A program made the position numbers and the translations under genes. A stretch of DNA of 28,717 nt. It comes from Promethearchaeota archaeon. Its GTDB lineage: Archaea; Asgardarchaeota; Hermodarchaeia; Hermodarchaeales; Hermodarchaeaceae. The first letter of the stretch is position 1, and every line of letters starts with the position of its first letter. Of this stretch, positions 9,042 through 17,221 are shown one piece after another. The stretch covers positions 1 to 28,717 of the forward strand of contig JBHLPR010000027.1 of the NCBI GenBank assembly GCA_048939245.1, given 5' to 3'. The notes under the pieces are model-generated. The model did no database searches and was not told the DNA's origin. It worked only from the letters and a program-made list of their open reading frames with translations.

Positions 9042-9902
9042 ATGAGTAGCATAGCACGCCTTGCATGGCGGATTTCACGACCACGATTTTGGCTCTACTT
9101 AGGAGGTACGTACCTCATTGGTTATTCCATCGGGGTAACCACGCTCATCCACTTCCTCAATCCCTTCTTCGCGCTTCAACTCTTTTTCTTCATGTTCCCT
9201 GCCAATGTCTTCCTATATGGAGTGAACGACTTCTATGACGAGGACACTGACATCTTTAATCCCAAAAAAGATGACAAGGAATATCGCGTCACTTCCAAGG
9301 ATCGACGAAATCTGCTTGCCCTTATTCTAGTTTCATTCATATTCGGAATAATCCTCATGCTACTTCAACCTGATATCATCGCAATGGCTCTTTTTGGAGT
9401 ATTTCTGTTGCTCTCCTTTCTATACAGCGCTAAACCTATTCGGTTTAAAGCCCATCCATTCATTGATTTCATGTCAAATTTCCTCTATGTTCTCCCCGCA
9501 ATCATTGCCTTCTATCAACTTCGCTTCTTCATTCCCCCGATCCTGCCTCTTTTCGCTGCATTCATGTGGACTTCAGCTATGCACCTTTTCTCAGCCGTTC
9601 CCGATATAGAGGCTGATAAACAGGCGAATATAACCACAACGGCCGTTCTTATCGGAGCTATCCCCTCTCTAATTCTTTGCTTCTCCTTTTGGTTCATTTT
9701 TGCCGTTATTCTGGTTTTTCTCGTTCCTTGGAATCCTCCCTGGAATGTGCTAATGTTTGTCTATCCTGCTATCCCCCTCTATCTTCTTCTGCGTCGAAAA
9801 GCGAACATTGAGAAAGTTTATTGGCTCTATCCTTATTGGAACGCTGTCTTCGGGTTACTCCTATTCTTCACCATTACTATTCCAAAAATCGTGATCCCTT
9901 AA
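9042..9902 (+). CDS. lyeJ: Lycopene elongase (UbiA-family prenyltransferase, LyeJ/CrtEb type)
   Basis: SRPRFWLYL, NVFLYGVNDFYDEDTDxFNPKK, YSAxPIRFK and MHLFSAVPDIEAD motifs; multiple TM segments; position between desaturase and CruF. Confidence 0.85.
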   Translation: MSSIARLAWRISRPRFWLYLGGTYLIGYSIGVTTLIHFLNPFFALQLFFFMFPANVFLYGVNDFYDEDTDIFNPKKDDKEYRVTSKDRRNLLALILVSFIFGIILMLLQPDIIAMALFGVFLLLSFLYSAKPIRFKAHPFIDFMSNFLYVLPAIIAFYQLRFFIPPILPLFAAFMWTSAMHLFSAVPDIEADKQANITTTAVLIGAIPSLILCFSFWFIFAVILVFLVPWNPPWNVLMFVYPAIPLYLLLRRKANIEKVYWLYPYWNAVFGLLLFFTITIPKIVIP

Positions 9903-10657
9903 TGAGTCTCAATCAGTTCAATCGTATTATTCCATTTCTATCTATTCTCATAGGCTCTTATGTCGCAAGCTACTTTTTCTTCTTCTTTCCTGTTGCGCTG
10001 CTCCAAGGTAGCCTTAGTATAGTTATCCTTCTTGTCGCATTACCCTGCTTGTTTTTTCTATATCACTGCGTTGGTTGGAAAAGCACACTCCTCATTGTAC
10101 TCACCCTAGGCGGTTTGGTTTTATTAATTGAAAGTATTGGGTTGTTGACAGGGTTTCCATATGGGGTCTTCTATTACACCGATTTAGTTGGATTCAAAGT
10201 CTTTGGGTTAGTGCCTTGGGCTGTTCCATTCGCGTTTTTACCGCTGCTCCTGGGGGCAATTACATTATCCATTCATTATATCGAAACCCCCTGGAAATTA
10301 ATTCTGGGAACTGCATTGCTTTTAGTAGTTATAGATTTGGTTATCGATCCGATTCTCGTGCACTTGGGGGTTTGGGTGTGGGTGCCGCCTGGAGCATATT
10401 ATGGCGTACCAATCTCTAATTTCGTTGGATGGTTCATAACAGGTCTAATAACCGTCTCGATTTTCTTTGTTCTCATCAAACACCGATTTAATCCAAAGCC
10501 CAGACTACCAATTTTCATTGCCCTAAGTCTTGTCCTTACATTGGCTTTCTGGTCTGGCTATGCTTTGTGGTCTATGCTTTATATCCCATTTGTACTCAGT
10601 CTCTGCTTACTTGGGCTATTCCTATTTACATTCGTTAAATACTGGCCTGTGAATTAG
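9902..10657 (+). CDS. cruF: Carotenoid 1,2-hydratase CruF (bisanhydrobacterioruberin hydratase-like)
   Basis: IESIGLLTGFPYG..Y..G..VP, DLVIDP and W.W...G.YYGVPISNFVGW motifs. ATG at 9902 overlaps the lyeJ stop (TAATG). Confidence 0.85.
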   Translation: MSLNQFNRIIPFLSILIGSYVASYFFFFFPVALLQGSLSIVILLVALPCLFFLYHCVGWKSTLLIVLTLGGLVLLIESIGLLTGFPYGVFYYTDLVGFKVFGLVPWAVPFAFLPLLLGAITLSIHYIETPWKLILGTALLLVVIDLVIDPILVHLGVWVWVPPGAYYGVPISNFVGWFITGLITVSIFFVLIKHRFNPKPRLPIFIALSLVLTLAFWSGYALWSMLYIPFVLSLCLLGLFLFTFVKYWPVN

Positions 10658-10684
10658 ATCCATGGCCTGATGGTGAGGTTATAA

Positions 10685-11554
10685 CTAAAAGAAGATGTAA
10701 TTCAGAAGAGTCGCGAAGACTAGCACAAGACAAATCGTAACAAGATATCTTGGTGCACGATAACGCATTTGAACCGCGTTAGGCGTTGTAGGGGTTTTTA
10801 CTAATTGCACACTCCGATAAATCAACCAGCAAGAGGACACCACCGCCACTATGAGGTAAAGAAACCCAAGTTGACCTATGACGCCAATTACAATACTCAT
10901 TATTGATGCTATTGAAAATAAAACTAGGATTAGTTGCGCAGCGCGTTTCGATGAAATCGCTGTAGAAAATGTAGTGACTTTGTTTACTTTATCAATATCG
11001 ACATCTTGAACTTCACTGATGAGAGTACGGCCCATTTCCCAGGACATCCCAAAGAACACAAAAAAAAGAACGAAAGTTGGGAAATACTGGCCTGTGATTG
11101 CGGCGCTACCCAAGAGAATGATAAAAAACACGGCTAGCATGGTGCACACAAAACTGTACGGAATTTCCTGCTTACGCATGTAATTGTATGCAAAAGGCAA
11201 GGGTATAGCAATGAACGCAAGAAGCACACACAACGGATTAAGGAAGAAAGTGAGCACTACTGCTACCACGCCATATGTCAAACCAAGAATTAAGGCTAAT
11301 CTCGGGGGAACTACTCCGCTAGGAATTACCCGGTTCGCGGTTCTCGGATTTTTTTTATCAGTTATCCAATCAAAGTAGTCATTCAATGTGTGAGCAGAAG
11401 CAATTGCTAACGCAACAGCAACATACCCAGTAAGAAAAGGAATGAAAAACGGAATCGTATTAGTACTCAGAAAAGTTGCAGCTATGTAAAAAGATGTGGT
11501 GGTTAGAAGTACGTAGGGTCGAGTTAGTGAAACAAGTCCCCTTAACTTATCCAT
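10685..11554 (-). CDS. UbiA-family prenyltransferase (DGGGP synthase-like paralog, substrate unknown)
   Basis: LTRP, LNDYFDxxxDxxNPRTANRxIPSG and a second acidic motif EVQDVDID; about 8-9 TM segments. ATG at 11554; ORF track starts at 11569. Confidence 0.8.
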   Translation of the reverse strand: MDKLRGLVSLTRPYVLLTTTSFYIAATFLSTNTIPFFIPFLTGYVAVALAIASAHTLNDYFDWITDKKNPRTANRVIPSGVVPPRLALILGLTYGVVAVVLTFFLNPLCVLLAFIAIPLPFAYNYMRKQEIPYSFVCTMLAVFFIILLGSAAITGQYFPTFVLFFVFFGMSWEMGRTLISEVQDVDIDKVNKVTTFSTAISSKRAAQLILVLFSIASIMSIVIGVIGQLGFLYLIVAVVSSCWLIYRSVQLVKTPTTPNAVQMRYRAPRYLVTICLVLVFATLLNYIFF

Positions 11555-11622
11555 ATCAATTACTTCCAAGATTCAATTAATTAGTATTTCAGTTAGGGCT
11601 AGTCCACTAAAGTAGTGGTACA

Positions 11623-12138
11623 CTAAGAGATTTTTTCGATGACATCTTGTGCGAATCGACGGGCTCGTTGAAGTGCTTCTTCATCTGGAAATCCTCTTGG
11701 CATATCTCTTGCATGTTTTACCCGTTCAACTAATTGTGGGTTCTCAGATTGGAGCATTCCTTCAATAAGTTGCTCACTCATATCACCCTGACAGTGGAAA
11801 AGGTCAACAATGTCTGCTCCCTTAGCAGCATCCCTGCATTTTTGTAACCACTCTTGAAGGGGCGGCGCTTGATCAGGAGAGCCATGAGTGATCACTAATG
11901 CGATTCGCCGGCCATTGACATTTTCTTCAAGCCAGTCCTTTGACTCAGGACCTGGCCCAAACATCTCGATCGGAAATCCGACGAAGGACAAATCGTAGCC
12001 TTCTAAGGATATAGTGTCGTCCCATGGTTTTTGTTCTTTTTAAATTTGAACGGCGTCAAACATTGCATCAATAACCTGTTTTGTGTTACCAGTTGCTGTT
12101 CGATATGTAAAGAGGACTTTCAGGATACCAACCTCCAT
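11623..12138 (-). pseudogene. Flavodoxin-family gene interrupted by an in-frame TAA at 12040-12042
   Basis: The same frame upstream of the listed ORF reads MEVGILKVLFTYRTATGNTKQVIDAMFDAVQI*KEQKPWDDTISLEGYDLSFVGFPI. It contains the flavodoxin Y-x-T-x-T-G-N-T loop, then THGS, CQG and PDEEALQRARRFA. Confidence 0.85.
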
Positions 12139-12283
12139 CGCAGTTCCACTCTGATAATTGATTATTACAGATTTCATTTTGTTTAGGTATCAAACGGAAA
12201 CACCAACTGGGAATGCAATCTGATTCTTCTATTTGGTGGTTGATTCCTGGGGTTTCAGGTTTCTATGGGTGAAGAAAAATTTA

Positions 12284-12324
12284 TATACTACTGAGTATAC
12301 TTATACTACTAATTATACTCAGTA
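12284..12324. promoter_or_regulatory. Palindromic operator upstream of the AbrB-like gene
   Basis: Perfect 11-bp inverted repeat TACTGAGTATA (12289-12299) / TATACTCAGTA (12314-12324), plus direct repeat TATACTACT at 12284 and 12302. Confidence 0.7.
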
Positions 12325-12352
12325 TAAAAAAAATAGAAGTGAAAACTAAACA

Positions 12353-12622
12353 ATGTTTAATGAAGATAAGCAAAGACGTCCTCCATCCCATATAGTACAT
12401 AAGAAAAGGACCAAACGTGTTCGAGTTATCGTCAAAGGGTATATGCGTCCTGATGGTTCCTCCTATCATGTTGTCATTCCAAAGCAAATTCGTCAAATGA
12501 TGGAACTGGAGGGTGGCGAATATTTTTTGATGTCCGCTAGTCCACGACGAGATGAAATTCGTCTACGACGGGTTGATTTCTTCAATGACGAAGATGAAGG
12601 GTCGAACTCTTCAACAAAATAG
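12353..12622 (+). CDS. AbrB/MazE/SpoVT-family DNA-binding protein
   Basis: GSSYHVVIPKQIRQMMELEGGE swapped-hairpin signature. Confidence 0.8.
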   Translation: MFNEDKQRRPPSHIVHKKRTKRVRVIVKGYMRPDGSSYHVVIPKQIRQMMELEGGEYFLMSASPRRDEIRLRRVDFFNDEDEGSNSSTK

Positions 12623-12743
12623 ACTAAGTTGATTGTTGACCTTTCCTTTATTTTATTTGAATATCAAGCGCTAGCTCCGACAGTTCTTTAATCCTATCGG
12701 CAAATAGGAATCTGATAGATCACGTTTTGCTGTTGGTGGCTAT

Positions 12744-14846
12744 GTGATTCAACTTATTGGTGTGCTTGCTGAAGACGGTGTGCCAGTTCGAATTCGGGCA
12801 TTTGTAGATGTAGAATCTGCATCAGTCCTTGGTGGGATTGTTGAGGTTTTGAAAGGATTATCCTCTGAACTGGAACTGGGACAGGTTCAGCGTTTACAAT
12901 TTCAGGAAAATACTCTGCTTGTTACCGAGGCTGAAAAAGGCTATTCAATTATCGCCTTGGCGGATAAAGCGGAAGATTATGTGGAAGGCTTGTTACGTGT
13001 TATCCGAATTGCTATCGATGACTCATCTTTGGTGAAAGCTAGCGAACCTGTCACCGAAAGGATGCGAGTACTTGTAGATGCCATTTTAGATTTTTTTCTA
13101 CAACCAACCTTGGATGTAGCCCTCGAAGAGATCATTGATCCAGTATGGGGCGCTATTCTCGATCGGTTAAACAAGAATAGAGAGTATGCACAGGCTATTG
13201 AGAAGATTGATGTTCTTATTCGTAATTCCAAAGAGCCTGATCAAATCTGGGAAAAACTTGAAGCAAAGGCGAAAGGATCACTTTTAGAGGCTTTGAATCT
13301 CGCGTTCGTTGGACAATTTGATCAAGCTTGTGCAATCGCATTACAACTTGATGAACCACTTGCACAACTTTTTGCTGTCAAAACAGGCCTTCTCGCGCTG
13401 TCGATGACTCATTTAGCCGCTCCGCCCCGTTATCGACTACGCCGAATCGCGGAAGGTCTTCCTCTAAAATATCAACCGTATTCGGAATTAGCGTATGCTA
13501 CGACATTGTATTACGACCGCCTAATGCCGTATGAGGACTATCTGAAAATTTATCAGAATGCGGCTTCAAGATTTACATTCTCAGAGGACGACGAGGGTGT
13601 AATTTTTGCTTTCCTCTTCATTGATACTCGAATTGTAACGCTTCCTGAATTTGCACGTAAATTAGCAGGTTATTTTGAAAAGAAATCACCCATTCTTCAG
13701 AATTACATCCTGGCTATGTCAGATCGACAGCAGTTGTTTACTAAGCTCTATTCAAGCACATCCTATTCGGAATTTAAAAATCAGGTTAGCAGTTGGAAAA
13801 CAAAAATTAGTTCGATTCTAGAAGATGTTAATCAATTCTTAAAACCCGGCTTTTTAGGGAAGTTATTACGTAGCAACCCTGAAGCGGGTCTTAGAGGCTC
13901 GCTTAACTTAGGTACGTATATTGCGTTATATACGGCCTTGGCTGAATCGCCTGTTTTGAATCTTCGGGAACGAAAAGAAGTGCTCGAAGAGGTGTTATGG
14001 GTCTATTCACAATATTTCCGTAAACTACTAGAAAGCAAACTTCCACTCTTTAATTACACAATTGATAGTGTATTTCAAAGTGTTAGCGTTGTGTTAGGCG
14101 AGTTATTCTACCTGCGTTCAGGAGAAGCCCAACACGAACATATCCCAGTGGTTAAGAAATATTTACAGGACGTTCTGGATACTATGACAGTTGATTGGCT
14201 CCGTAAGCATCCAGATACTTCCACCCTGTTTGTATTGTCGAATGCTACATTTCCTGTCCTTCTCTTGGCAAATGCCACAGATGTACTCGAGGTTCGGTTC
14301 CTCTATCTAGCAATGCGTTTGCTTAATACGATGGCATTAATGAAATCACAGAAAATCGATGTTCAAGATTTTACTACGGATTTGCTTAATATCCAAACCT
14401 CGCTAGCAACTTTCATTATACAATTTCTTCCTGATTCACTTGAAAACCAGTATCTAGAACGTTGTGTACGGGTTATACTGCAGGGACATAAGTTTTTCAT
14501 CAAGCACGGAGTCTTATGTCGGGACGATATCGCTTCAGCAACGCTCCTGACAAGATACCTAAGACCGGCCAATTTAACTGATGACTATCGGATTTATGTT
14601 GATTCAGCGATCACTTTGAACCGGGTTGCTGTTCCTGATGTTCAACGGCATGAATCGGATATCGCTATGTTGGCAACGAATTATTTGGGGTTACTGAAAA
14701 AAGCTAGCCAGACCTTTGATGATGAGAAGTACGTGAAACTTGCGAAGACTGCGTTTCAGCAGACCGTTGAAGTTTGGAATAAATATGGATTCGAATATAA
14801 AGCTCAGGAATTCCAGAAACAATATGGCCGGATATTTCAAGATTGA
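12744..14846 (+). CDS. Large protein with N-terminal longin-like domain and helical solenoid-like remainder
   Basis: First ~120 aa (LIGVLAEDGVPV..LGGIVEVLKGLSSEL..VQRLQF..LLV..YSIIALAD) fit the longin beta-beta-alpha-beta-beta-beta-alpha pattern. The rest is Leu/Ala-rich amphipathic helices. Confidence 0.55.
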   Translation: MIQLIGVLAEDGVPVRIRAFVDVESASVLGGIVEVLKGLSSELELGQVQRLQFQENTLLVTEAEKGYSIIALADKAEDYVEGLLRVIRIAIDDSSLVKASEPVTERMRVLVDAILDFFLQPTLDVALEEIIDPVWGAILDRLNKNREYAQAIEKIDVLIRNSKEPDQIWEKLEAKAKGSLLEALNLAFVGQFDQACAIALQLDEPLAQLFAVKTGLLALSMTHLAAPPRYRLRRIAEGLPLKYQPYSELAYATTLYYDRLMPYEDYLKIYQNAASRFTFSEDDEGVIFAFLFIDTRIVTLPEFARKLAGYFEKKSPILQNYILAMSDRQQLFTKLYSSTSYSEFKNQVSSWKTKISSILEDVNQFLKPGFLGKLLRSNPEAGLRGSLNLGTYIALYTALAESPVLNLRERKEVLEEVLWVYSQYFRKLLESKLPLFNYTIDSVFQSVSVVLGELFYLRSGEAQHEHIPVVKKYLQDVLDTMTVDWLRKHPDTSTLFVLSNATFPVLLLANATDVLEVRFLYLAMRLLNTMALMKSQKIDVQDFTTDLLNIQTSLATFIIQFLPDSLENQYLERCVRVILQGHKFFIKHGVLCRDDIASATLLTRYLRPANLTDDYRIYVDSAITLNRVAVPDVQRHESDIAMLATNYLGLLKKASQTFDDEKYVKLAKTAFQQTVEVWNKYGFEYKAQEFQKQYGRIFQD

Positions 14847-15475
14847 CCAAAGTTTTCATTAAATTTGTCAAGAAGATCTTGGTCGACTATTAATTCTTGG
14901 AAAATTACAGGGGCGATTTCTTTCACGAGACGCAGCATCTCATTTGCAACGGTCCTAATTTCGAGTTGGGCGGTTCGATGAATTCGTAGGGGAAAGAATG
15001 ATTCAAGAAGTGTCCGCGCATTAAATGTAGCAATGATTGCTGTCTCGGAACCCATTGGGGCTAGATAGCGTGCATCCTCCATTGGAACCCCACGACGATA
15101 ATATTCACGATAAAGAGTTTCCGCGGCTTGTTGAAGTTGCTCGGGGTTTTCTGCTGTTTCAAGCACTGTTGGAGGAAGAATTATTTTTTTGATTTTAGTA
15201 CGACGGAAGGATTTCTGCAGATAACTAGCAATCCGGTGGCGGACAAATTGGTGTGTAAATACCCGGGATACTTCCGTGATTTCAAATGTGAATACGGCAT
15301 GTTCAAGAACTGATGTATGCCCCATTTCGATGACCTTTCTGAGAAATTTGTCCCAACCCCCACTCGGGATTTTCCGGTCGATTTCGTCCCAGGTCTCTGA
15401 TACATTGGAATAACGACCAATTTTTGCACAGAGAAGATCTGGGTTCTCTGTATGCGAAAGAATTCTGACCTTCAT
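14837..15475 (-). CDS. thyX: FAD-dependent thymidylate synthase
   Basis: GHTSVLEH, SRVFTHQFVRHRIASYLQKSFR (RHRx7S motif), EDARYL, NARTL and AQLEIR. Likely start MKVRIL at 15475. Overlaps the 3' end of the convergent gene. Confidence 0.93.
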   Translation of the reverse strand: MKVRILSHTENPDLLCAKIGRYSNVSETWDEIDRKIPSGGWDKFLRKVIEMGHTSVLEHAVFTFEITEVSRVFTHQFVRHRIASYLQKSFRRTKIKKIILPPTVLETAENPEQLQQAAETLYREYYRRGVPMEDARYLAPMGSETAIIATFNARTLLESFFPLRIHRTAQLEIRTVANEMLRLVKEIAPVIFQELIVDQDLLDKFNENFGQS

Positions 15476-15636
15476 AACAAGATGCTCCTTTGATAGCTTT
15501 TTTGATTTGTCACTATTCGTCATTCATTGGATGTAATGCTTCTACGCGTGTTTTCACTGAAAAGTCCTTTGTTCTTAAATCCCACTCAAAATCTTAGCGC
15601 TGAGCCAATTATCAGGTTATAACACTCTTTCAGGCA

Positions 15637-16653
15637 TTATTTTATTCCAGGGACTTTTGGAAAGGGTGAACATTCCCAGATATGCGTTACTCCACAAACA
15701 TATCGGGTTAATCGCTCTAGCCCGATTCCAAATCCTGCTGAAGGCGGGATTCCTTCCTGTAACATCTCTAAATACCAACCATATTTTTTGGGGTCCTCAC
15801 CAGTCTGTTGCATTCGACGAGTTACCCCTTCCACGGTGTATTCCCTTTCTCCTCCGCTTGAGAGTTCTCCATACCCTTCAGGCAAAATCAAGTCCATGGA
15901 TCGTACCAATTTGGGATGGTCGACATCCCGTAGGTAATAGAACCCACGGGATGTAGCGGGATATTCTGTGACCCAGAACGGTGTGTCAAAATAAGTGGAA
16001 AGATAAACCTCAGCCTCCCAAGGCAATTCCTTAGCCGAATCTAGATCGAACCCTTCGGTAAGTAGGATTTCAAGGGCTTCGCCGTATGTGATGCGGGGTA
16101 ACTGGCGAGGAGGTAAGGGGAGGGTGCGCCTGAGTGCCGTGAGTTGCTCAGCGCACTCATGTTTGACGGTGTGGATGACCTCGAACAACAACGTGTCTCC
16201 AAGCGTCATCATCGTGTCACAGGTTCCATGTGCTACTTCGAGGTCGAGTTGATAAAACTCGGCTAGGTGTCGACCTGTTTTGCGGCTTACTGATGGTTCC
16301 AGCCGGATATTTGGAGAAAAAGCATATACACGGGGGAAACTCGCCATAGTCATCTGTTTATACAAGATCATGCTGGTCATCAGCACATAGGTCTTCCCGT
16401 AGAAGGGCACTTCTATGACGTCCGCTCCTCTGATTCCTGGATCTGTGACCGGACCAATGATGGGTGCTAATACTTCTAAAAATCCCAACTGGTCTAAGAT
16501 TTGTCGACAGGTCCGAGAAAGTTGATGTTGTACTCGGAGAATGGTCTGAGCTCGGGAGGAACGGATGGAACGGTAACGGAAGCGCACTCCGCGTTCCACG
16601 TCTGCGGCTACTTCGCTTGAGAGCTGACGATGCGGAACCGGTTCCATTACCAT
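15637..16653 (-). CDS. asnA: Archaeal-type asparagine synthetase A (AsnRS/AspRS-like catalytic domain, no anticodon domain)
   Basis: PIIGPVTDPG, TSMILYKQ, SPNIRLE..RHLAEFYQLDLE, GELSSGGEREY and SAGFGIGLERL class II aaRS-like motifs; no OB-fold N-terminus. Confidence 0.85.
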   Translation of the reverse strand: MVMEPVPHRQLSSEVAADVERGVRFRYRSIRSSRAQTILRVQHQLSRTCRQILDQLGFLEVLAPIIGPVTDPGIRGADVIEVPFYGKTYVLMTSMILYKQMTMASFPRVYAFSPNIRLEPSVSRKTGRHLAEFYQLDLEVAHGTCDTMMTLGDTLLFEVIHTVKHECAEQLTALRRTLPLPPRQLPRITYGEALEILLTEGFDLDSAKELPWEAEVYLSTYFDTPFWVTEYPATSRGFYYLRDVDHPKLVRSMDLILPEGYGELSSGGEREYTVEGVTRRMQQTGEDPKKYGWYLEMLQEGIPPSAGFGIGLERLTRYVCGVTHIWECSPFPKVPGIK

Positions 16654-16690
16654 ATTAACGCACCCACCTTCTTCAATATAGTTCAACGAT

Positions 16691-16768
16691 ATTAGCTTTT
16701 TGCTAATGGCATTAGCATTTTAACAAAATATCACAAATATTATATACAATAATTGGCTATTTGCTAAT
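16691..16768. promoter_or_regulatory. Lrp/AsnC-type operators and TATA box in the asnA/lrp divergent promoter
   Basis: ATTAGC-TTTTT-GCTAAT (16691-16707), overlapping TGCTAATG-G-CATTAGCA (16701-16717), and ATTGGC-TATTT-GCTAAT (16752-16768). TATTATATA lies about 25-30 nt before the ATG at 16770. Confidence 0.72.
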
Positions 16769-16769
16769 T

Positions 16770-17213
16770 ATGATTGATGCTAAAGATCAACTTATTCTTC
16801 GGGAATTACGACAAGATGCGAATCAATCCGTTCTGAAAATTGCCCGCAAACTTCGGTTACCCCGTTCGACAGTTCAACATAGAATTGATCGTATGAAAAC
16901 AAACAAGGTCATTAAGCGAATCGTGGCTATTCCTGATTATTCTCAGATTGGTCTTCCCGTCACTGCTTTTGTGCTTGTTACGTTTAATCCAGTAAACAAC
17001 GTATCTCAACAAGATGTAGCACGTGCCATTGCGAAAATGGAAAATGTGGTGGAGGTACACGTTGTTGCGGGTCAATGGGATATCATTCTGAAAGCACGAG
17101 GTGGGTCGCTACAAGAAATCGGTGAGCTGGTCGTGAATCATTTACGCCAAATTCCGGGTGTTGGACAAACGGTTACATCGGGGAGTTTCTTTGTAATAAA
17201 AGAAGAACCGTAA
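16770..17213 (+). CDS. Lrp/AsnC-family transcriptional regulator
   Basis: IDAKDQLILREL..IARKL.LPRSTVQHRIDRM HTH; VVEVHVVAGQWDII RAM domain. Confidence 0.93.
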   Translation: MIDAKDQLILRELRQDANQSVLKIARKLRLPRSTVQHRIDRMKTNKVIKRIVAIPDYSQIGLPVTAFVLVTFNPVNNVSQQDVARAIAKMENVVEVHVVAGQWDIILKARGGSLQEIGELVVNHLRQIPGVGQTVTSGSFFVIKEEP

Positions 17214-17221
17214 GAAATAGG

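Noticed and set aside
9821-9901. N-terminal extension of cruF given by the ORF track
   Set aside because: It overlaps lyeJ by about 80 nt; the TAATG-coupled ATG at 9902 is more plausible.
12040-12042. Selenocysteine or pyrrolysine readthrough in the flavodoxin
   Set aside because: The codon is TAA, not TGA or TAG, and TAA ends many genes in this window.
12281-12325. CRISPR-like repeat
   Set aside because: Only 9-11 bp units, with no spacers and no cas genes.
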